Of a stretch of DNA of 64,000 nt, positions 56,062 to 64,000 are shown in pieces. The notes beneath the pieces were generated by a model. That model was given only the letters and a program-made list of their open reading frames with translations. It did not search any database and was not told the origin of the DNA. This DNA comes from Octopus vulgaris (Eukaryota): the NCBI GenBank assembly GCA_951406725.2, contig OX597815.1:64728001-64792000 (forward strand), written 5' to 3'. Each line of letters begins with the position of its first letter. Positions within the stretch are counted from its first letter, which is position 1. The translations under genes and the position numbers were made by a program.

Positions 56062-56417
56062 ATAAATAATATACATAATTCTTCATCTCCTAAATATAGA
56101 ATTTGTTGTTGTTGTTGTTGTTTAAGCCCACGACAGTCACATGGAGCTGAACATGCGATCAAAAGCGTTTCACTCGTGACCAGCCTGCTTTATGTAAATC
56201 AGGAACTACTCTGTCCAATGTGTCCTTTTCTTTATAAAACCGTCAGATTGTGATTGGAAAGAATTTAAATGCTCTTTCTAACAGATCAAACGAACAATTG
56301 CCCGCGCATGTTCGCTGAGGCAACAGATGACTCACTTTGTAACTGCGACTTGGGCTCATGCATATGGTGTGTATGTGAAAGTATGCGTGTTTATATATAT
56401 TTTATATGTATAGATAC

Positions 56418-56455
<38 letters not shown>

Positions 56456-56722
56456 AGGTCAGTGTCTCTTAGTTATAATTCTTTAGTTATATAGTCATGT
56501 GATAGGTTATTAAGTCATTGTGACTTCATTATTTCGTATTTTCTTTTGTTTTGCTTTTTTTGTTATTGTTTTGTTTTGTCACAAACTCCATTAGTAAGAA
56601 ATATAATTTGTCAGACATATTTTATCAGTCACATGATTAACCTTAATATCTTTTAGTCTCAGGAGAAATATTAATTAAATAAACAAAATAGATATATAAA
56701 TAAACAAGTAAATCAATGCAAT

Positions 56723-56771
<49 letters not shown>

Positions 56772-57389
56772 GTATGTATGTATGTATAAGTATGTATATG
56801 TGTGTGTGTGTATATACACATATATACTATTTACTCACATAACGCATATATATATATATATACATATATTCATGGATAGATAGATAGATAGATAGATACA
56901 TACATACATAAATATATATATACTTACATACATACATACATACATACAAAACATATACATACATACATGCGTATGTACGAACATACATACATACATATTA
57001 TCTATATTCATATATGTACATATATCATCTTACACACACGTGCGCACTTACAGAAACATACATGTGTATGTATGTATGTATGTATGTATGTATGTATGTA
57101 TGTATGTATGTATGTATGTGTATTAACAAAGCTGCAAATAAATACAGCTGTAGCCTCTAACGCAAAATTTTCATAGTAATTTAGAAAAACGAAATGCATA
57201 TTATTTGGAATAAATGTGAATATTTCTTGATGACACAAATTATAGATATGGAGGAATTTTCTAATTCATCATTTTATTTCCTTCGTGGCTTCTTTCTGTC
57301 TCTTTTTTAATTTTCTATATAATTTATATTCATAGATTTTTGATTTTCATATTATAAGCAATCATCATTAAAATCAACAGCTAAGTATT

Positions 57390-57450
<61 letters not shown>

Positions 57451-58158
57451 TTCTCTCTCTCTTTCACACACACACATGCACACATACACACACACACACA
57501 CATGCACACATACACACACACATGCACACATACACACACACACACATGCACACATACACACACACACACACATGTATGCATGCATGTATGTATGTATGTA
57601 TGTATGTATGTATGTATTATGTATGTATATAACGAGGGGGCAGCCATCATGTATGTAGATATGAATGCATGCATGCATGCATGCCTGTATGTATGTATGT
57701 ATGTATGTATGTATGTATGTATGTATGTATGTATGTATGTTGTCCGGTACGTGAGTTCCGGACAACATACATGCATACATATGGAGCCCTGGTACGGCAG
57801 TGCCATGATTTTGAGAAGTGTAGAACCACCTCTTAGACACTACTGTTCCTAGGTCAACTCTTAGCAGCATTTGTTAGGGACCCAGCTACGGGTTAACTTG
57901 CTTGTGGACAACTGGGAATGAAGGATCCCTAGTTCTTGTGAGAAGTTCCTCCTTGAAGAAAAAAGTACTTGAAGTACAGTTGATTTCTCTGCTGTCCACT
58001 GACCTTATGTCTGGTAGCACCGAAAGGAGAGTTCGGTGACATGCAACACTTTATCCACGCAAAACAAATTCACACACTGGCATTCAGCTGTGCAGCGAAA
58101 TCTAGCACTTGCCCACTCTAGCAGTATAAAACCACTAATGTAGCGATCTCTCAGGAAG

Positions 58159-60150
58159 ATGCAGAACACTTGGTGGGAGGATCTTGCACGTGATGTTCAG
58201 GCTGCTGCTGATGCAAATAACAGCAAGAAGCTTTACCATCTTATGAAGCACGTTTATGGGCCTAAGACCTCTGCATCAGCTTCTTTGCTTTCCAAGGAGT
58301 CTCCTACTCTATCTACTAAATCAACAGAAATCACAAGTCACTGGCTTGAACACTTCTCTGAACTCTTGAACCATGAGTCAGTTGTGGATGAAACAGTGAT
58401 TGATATTATGCTACAAAGACCTATCACTGGCTCCTTAAACTCCACGCCCTCAATAGATGAGGTAATGACGGCAATAAGTAAATTGAATCTTGGTAAGGCA
58501 CCTGGAAGGGATGGAATTTGTGCTAAGGTCTTGCGATTTGATGATGATTACATCATACAGTCCCTTCATAAACTTAGTGTAGTCTGGAGGAATGGTGCAA
58601 TGCCTAAGGACTGGAAGTATGCAATTATTCATCCCCTCTATAAAGGAAAAGGAGCCAGAATAATGTGTGACAAATGCAGAGGAATTGCTCTACTATCAGC
58701 TGCTGGCAAGATTCCGGCAAATATTCTTCTTACTCGCCTGAATGTGTGTCTCGAAAATGATGTCTTATCTGAATCTCAATGCGGCTTCCGATCTGGTAGA
58801 GGGATAATGGATATAATTTTCACAGCAAGACATATACAGAAGAAGTGCTATGAACAAAATATGGATGTTGTCCAGGTGTTCGTTGATTTAACGAAGGCCT
58901 TTGATACTGTGAATAGAGCCTTGCTATGGAAAATACTTGGCAAACTTGGATGTCCGGATCACTTTGTAACTATAATTAAATCATTTCATGATGGGATGGA
59001 GGCTTGGGTCAATGTTGGTAGTGGCATGGCGGGACCCATTACTGTAAAGAATGGTATCTAGCAGGATAACATCCTTGCCTAAACTATATTTTCTTTGTAC
59101 TTTACTGCTGCTTTTACTCATGCTTTTGCTAAGGTTAGCTCTCTGGGAATATATGTGAGGCATCGATCTTCTGGCCACCTCTTTAATCTGCGCGGATTTG
59201 CTGCCAGTTCAAAAGTTTTCCAGTCTCTTATTCGTGACCTCCTTTATGCAGATGACTGTGACTTAGTCACTCATACAGGGAATGACATGCAAATACTTAT
59301 GAATCGTATTTCTGCTTCTTGCAATGCATTTGGACTCATCATTAGCCTGGACAAGACTGTAATGTTCCAGCCTGCACTGGGAAATCTATATGTTGAAGGA
59401 ACAATACTGAAAGTGATAGATGAGTTTGTCTATCTGGGCAGCACACTCAGACGTTCTTGCTCCCCGGATGGTGAAATACCTTTCAGGCTGCAGAGAGCAA
59501 CTGATTCCTTCCGGTCTGTTCAGTCTCGTGTCTGGTCCCCGCATGGCATCACAAGGCAAGCAAAAATTGCTGTGTACCGTGCATGTGTACTGACATGGCT
59601 CCTTTACTCATGTGAGACATGAACATCATGTAAGGGTCCTTGAACGCTTCATCAGAGATACCAGAGACACATTCTGAATGTTGGCTGGATCTTAAAAACT
59701 CCAGACATACAGATCCTGAGGAAAGCTGATATCTTGAGTATTGAGGCGATGGTGCACGAGCACCGGTTACATTGGACTGGACACCTTATTAGAATAAAGG
59801 ATAGCAGGATCCCTAAACAGATCCTATTTGGGGAACTTGTTAGTGGAAGTGACCCCGGCAGAAACCAAGGCTGCGATTTAAGGACTGTGTCAAGTCCTCA
59901 ATAAAGGCCTGTGATATGCAGGAGACTGACTAGGAGAGCAATGCCTGTCATCGCCACGGATGGAGGAAGCAGGTTAAGGAGGGGATCGACACCTTTGAGA
60001 GAGCACGTATTCTGCATGAAGAATATAAGCGTGCTGCTCGAAAGCGCACTGCTGGTGTAGTGAATGGAGAAAGCTTGGTCTACAATATTTGCAGTCGTGT
60101 ATGCTTGTCAAGGAGCAGGGCTCATTAGCTACCAACAGAGCCACAAATGC
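58159..60150 (+). pseudogene. RTE (BovB-like) LINE reverse transcriptase, disabled
   Basis: KAPGRDGI, RGIALLSAAGKI, ESQCGFRSGRG, FVDLTKAFDTV, LLYADD, FVYLGS and LLYSCET in ORFs 58159-59061 and 59095-59622; in-frame stops and frameshifts. Confidence 0.9.
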
Positions 60151-60690
60151 AAAATATAAGTTAGTCCTAGAGCGCACAATGTTTCTAAAGGTCAGCAATG
60201 GTCTTCCTCAGTCACGAGTGGACGGCTATCAGGTATGTATGTATGTATGTATGTATGTATGTATGTATGTATGTATGTATGTATGTATGTATGTATGTAT
60301 GTATGTATGTATGTATGTATGTATGTATGTATGTATGTGCACATCCATGGATGTTTATACGAAAAAGACGAATAAGGAGATATTAAATATTGTACACGAT
60401 AGATTCGCGGTTTATTAAAGTTATCTCTGCTTTCAAGAACGGTAGAGCCATCGCTTACTGGCAACTAGGATCATCTCTAAATAAAAAGGGCAGATCATTT
60501 AAAGAATTCAGAATTCTACAAAACTGACTTGCTATTAAGGAAAAGAGAAATATATCTAAAAACACACACACACACACATGCACGCGCGCGCGCACAGATA
60601 TACACATATACACACACTCAGAAATTGACAGGCAGACAGACAGACTGGCAGACAGGTAGAAAGACAGACATACAGACGACAGACAGACAA

Positions 60691-60796
<106 letters not shown>

Positions 60797-61320
60797 TTCG
60801 ATCCATAAGTATTAGTCCGACAATATATGTTTTGTTTCGCCTAACGTCTTAAATTCTGATAGACTGGAGGAGCTCCTCTTCAAATGGAATAAAACATTTA
60901 TTTATCGAAGTGTTCTTGTAGGATTTAAATCCTCGGTGTTACTTGGGTGGTTTTCTTTCGACGGCTTGTCGAAGATAAAGCCTTCTAAGTCTTCTGAGGA
61001 AATCAAAAGGTCTTTTTGGTTTTGTTTTTTGTTTGTTTGTTCGTTTGTTTTTGTTTTTGTTATTTTGGCCCGAGGGATTTTATGTAAATCTTCTTGAAAG
61101 GGACAGGATTGATTATTCTTGGTAGAGAAGTTTAATTCTTGAAGGATAAGTATTTGGTGAGTAGGTTTTACGAGTGGGAGTAGAAAATATTCTAGATGTG
61201 ATGAGTTTAAAGAAACCGTTTGGCTACTTAGAATAAAGAACTTGAAAATAAGGCTAAGTTCATTATTCTAAGTGGTCAAACATAGAATCTTTGAACTTGT
61301 CAACCCCTATAAGACAGATT

Positions 61321-61386
<66 letters not shown>

Positions 61387-61387
61387 C

Positions 61388-61428
<41 letters not shown>

Positions 61429-61439
61429 CGTTACTTTCC

Positions 61440-61870
61440 AATACAGGAGAAAAAGCAGTACTCAAAACCTTTGTAGACTCTCGGAGATGCCAGTAATATT
61501 CCATTTGAACTGATGTAAGTCAAGACTTACAGAAAAAATATGAGTAGCGAGATGATTCCATAGTGTTGATGTTCTGGGAGGAAATACTGAAGAGGATGGT
61601 CGAATCAAGGGTGGAGAGAGGTGAAGGGAAGAGTGTTTCATGGGTACTTGAGTAGAAAAGATACGAGTGAAGCAAGCTTCAAAGAAAGGGGGCAATTATG
61701 ATAGAGAAAGAATGGACTGTGAGACAAGGAGTCGTGCGTATGGTTTAGAAGCTGGATAATGTCTGTTAGTGATGGGGTAATCCTTCTTTAGATGCAAACC
61801 AGGATGTCTGCGTGCACCACTGCAGTTTTGGTGGGCAATAGTCCATTGTTGGCAGCTTTGTAGTGTCAGC
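61440..61870 (-). pseudogene. 3' end of a CR1/L2/Jockey-type LINE
   Basis: C-terminal motif FPPRTSTLWNHL..FK in ORF 61462-61695. Confidence 0.5.
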
Positions 61871-62069
61871 AGCTGTTGAAGGTTGAGATATTTTCTGGCC
61901 CTGAAGACGCGGCTCTAGCTATTCGAAGGGTGTACTTTCGTCTTGAGAGATCTTCGAAGACAGTTGTGTCTCTTCGGTTGAAGAAACAGTGGAGGTTTTT
62001 AATTGAGTAACGCTCATGTTTATAGACGGGGCTGTGGTGCTTTCTTGATACATGCACGCACATATATAG

Positions 62070-62141
<72 letters not shown>

Positions 62142-62208
62142 TTCTATATAAAGTTATAATAACACAATTATAGTTTAAACTGAAAGATTACTCAATACTT
62201 TTTGAGTA

Positions 62209-62326
62209 TATATTTATTATTCTTTGACGAGAATAGTATCGGCAGTGACTTCGAAGTTTCAGTCAGCTAACTCCGAAACTTCGAAGTCACTGCTAATACT
62301 ATTCTTGTTAAAGAATAATAAATATA
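62209..62326. repeat. 52-bp inverted repeat (hairpin with 14-nt loop)
   Basis: Arms 62209-62260 and 62275-62326 differ at 4 positions, 3 of which would be G:U pairs in + strand RNA. Confidence 0.9.
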
Positions 62327-62433
62327 AATATGTATCAGTGCGTTAGTCTTCTGCATAGTTTCCGTCGAATAAATTCACTCACAACACATTGGTTTCGCCG
62401 GGGCTATTGAAGAATGTGCCGCTCTCATGGACT

Positions 62434-62790
62434 GAAACATTAGCACGCCAGGCGAAATGCATAGCGATATTTAGTCTGCGTTACGTTGTGAGTTCAAATT
62501 CCGCCGAGGTCGACTTTGCCTTTCATCCTTTCGGGGTCGATAAATTAAGTACCAGTTACGCACTGGGGTCGATGTAATCGACTTAATACCTATGTCAGTC
62601 CTTGTTTGTCCCCTCTGTGTTTAGCCCCTTGTGGGTAATAAAGAAATAGGTATTTAGTCTGTCTTTACGTTCTGAGTTCAAATTCCACCGAGGTCGACTT
62701 TGCCTTTCATCCTTTAGGGTCGATAAATTAAGTGCCAGTTGCGTACTGACCCCCTCCCCAAAAATTTCGGGCCTTGTGCCTAGAGTAGTA
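62434..62790 (+). mobile_element. SINE family B with internal tandem duplication
   Basis: The segment TTTAGTCTG..GAGTTCAAATTCC.CCGAGGTCGACTTTGCCTTTCATCCTTT..GATAAATTAAGT.CCAGTT occurs twice (~62469 and ~62653). Confidence 0.75.
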
Positions 62791-63324
62791 AAAAACTCTT
62801 AACAGCACAGGTTAATCTGCGCCTATTTTTTTTTTTTACTTTTCCTTTTTATGTACATTGTTAAGTAGGCATAGTGAGAGTAGTGGGTGTGGGTAAATGT
62901 ATCTGTGGTGGCTTAGCAAAATATACGAACTGATATAGATGCGTATTTAGTGCCATTGAAAAATTTGGCCCACGAGAAGATTTTTGGCAGTTTGAAAGCA
63001 GGCTCAAACAGGTATGATTTATTCTTAGTTTAAAATTCATCAGAAACCATTTAGTTCTCCTTCAGAAAACGAGGTCCAAAGTAACGAAAGGTAACGAAAG
63101 ATCCTAAATAACGAAAGGTCCTAAGTAGCAATAGAACACTTCTCAGATATAAGCAAATATGTACAGAGATGACGCAATTACAATAATGATAACAATGGGG
63201 ATAAAATTATTTATCCATGTAGCCGTATTTAGCTGTATAGTTTTTTTTAATAATTATGATGAGTAAACATTAATACGGTTGCGGGGAGGCGTACTTTAGC
63301 CTTATCAGGAGTTAACAGATGTCT

Positions 63325-63688
63325 TTTATCTTTTCTCTTTTATAGTTTCAGTCATGAGACTGCAGCCGCGCTGGGGCGCCGCCTTGAAAACTTTTCAGTC
63401 GAATGAATCGACCCCAGTATTTTTATTGGTGTCTTTTGCCAAACTGCTAAGTTACGAGGACATAGATACACTAACAACGGTTGTCAAGAGGTGGTAGGAA
63501 CCAAACACAAACACACATACATATAAATAAATACATATACGACGTGCTTCTTTCAGTTTTCATCTATCAAATCTACTCACAAGACTTTGGTTGGCTCGAG
63601 CCCATAGTAGAAGACACTTTTTAGTGGGACTGAACCCAGAACCATGTGGTTGAGAAGTAAACTCCTTACTACACAGCCACGCCTGCAC
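63325..63688 (-). mobile_element. SINE family A, near full length
   Basis: Reverse complement GCAGGCGTGGCTGTGTAGTAAG..GGGTTCAGTCCCACT..; same body and AAAAGATAAAAG tail. Confidence 0.75.
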
Positions 63689-64000
63689 TTATTGTTGTCT
63701 AAAGATGACGTACAATTCCTATACTGAGGGCTCTAATTTGTGCTGGTTGTGTTGTAGGAATTTCGACACACAGAAAAGATATCAACATTATTCAGTTATA
63801 ATATAATCATTTAGCTAATGAAGTTCGTGATCAGCTATTCGTTTTCAATCGAAAAAAATACATTTATGCTTCTGATGCTCTTGAAAAAGACATGAGCTCT
63901 CTTCATTTATAAATACTGTAAAAAGTATACGAAAAATAACATTTCAAAAATCAGTGAAACGGAAATATATTTTTAAAAAAGCAGAAAAAAAGAAAAATAT

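Noticed and set aside
57790-57900. HDV-like ribozyme upstream of the RTE ORF
   Set aside because: Only an imperfect P1 (GGCAGTG/CACTACT) was found; P1.1, P2 and J4/2 could not be assigned by eye.

Overview
This is AT-rich, microsatellite-saturated animal DNA with a 100-N gap at 5201-5300. The SINE types and repeat landscape point to an octopus or other cephalopod (inference). I found no convincing host protein-coding gene; nearly all ORFs in the track are translations of simple repeats. Decayed mobile elements fill the window: tRNA-derived SINEs, RTE and R4/Dong-like LINE pieces, a DD37D (maT-type) Tc1/mariner relic, Helitron-like non-autonomous elements and Penelope-like terminal fragments. 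The main discovery is an array of near-identical 360-bp non-coding units at 9331-12115. Each complete unit carries a type I hammerhead ribozyme with a variant CCGAUGA core, a palindromic stem III (ACCAUGGU) and a GUC cleavage site. The units form two arms pointing outward into (TA)n. This matches a non-LTR retrozyme, expected to yield self-cleaved ~360-nt linear and circular RNAs, and each unit has a built-in anti-core sequence that could switch the ribozyme off. Further minimal hammerheads occur elsewhere: intact at 3944-3985 and 23371-23405, plus several degenerate ones, one attached to a tRNA-like Pol III head. All structures were paired by eye; no folding or database search was run.
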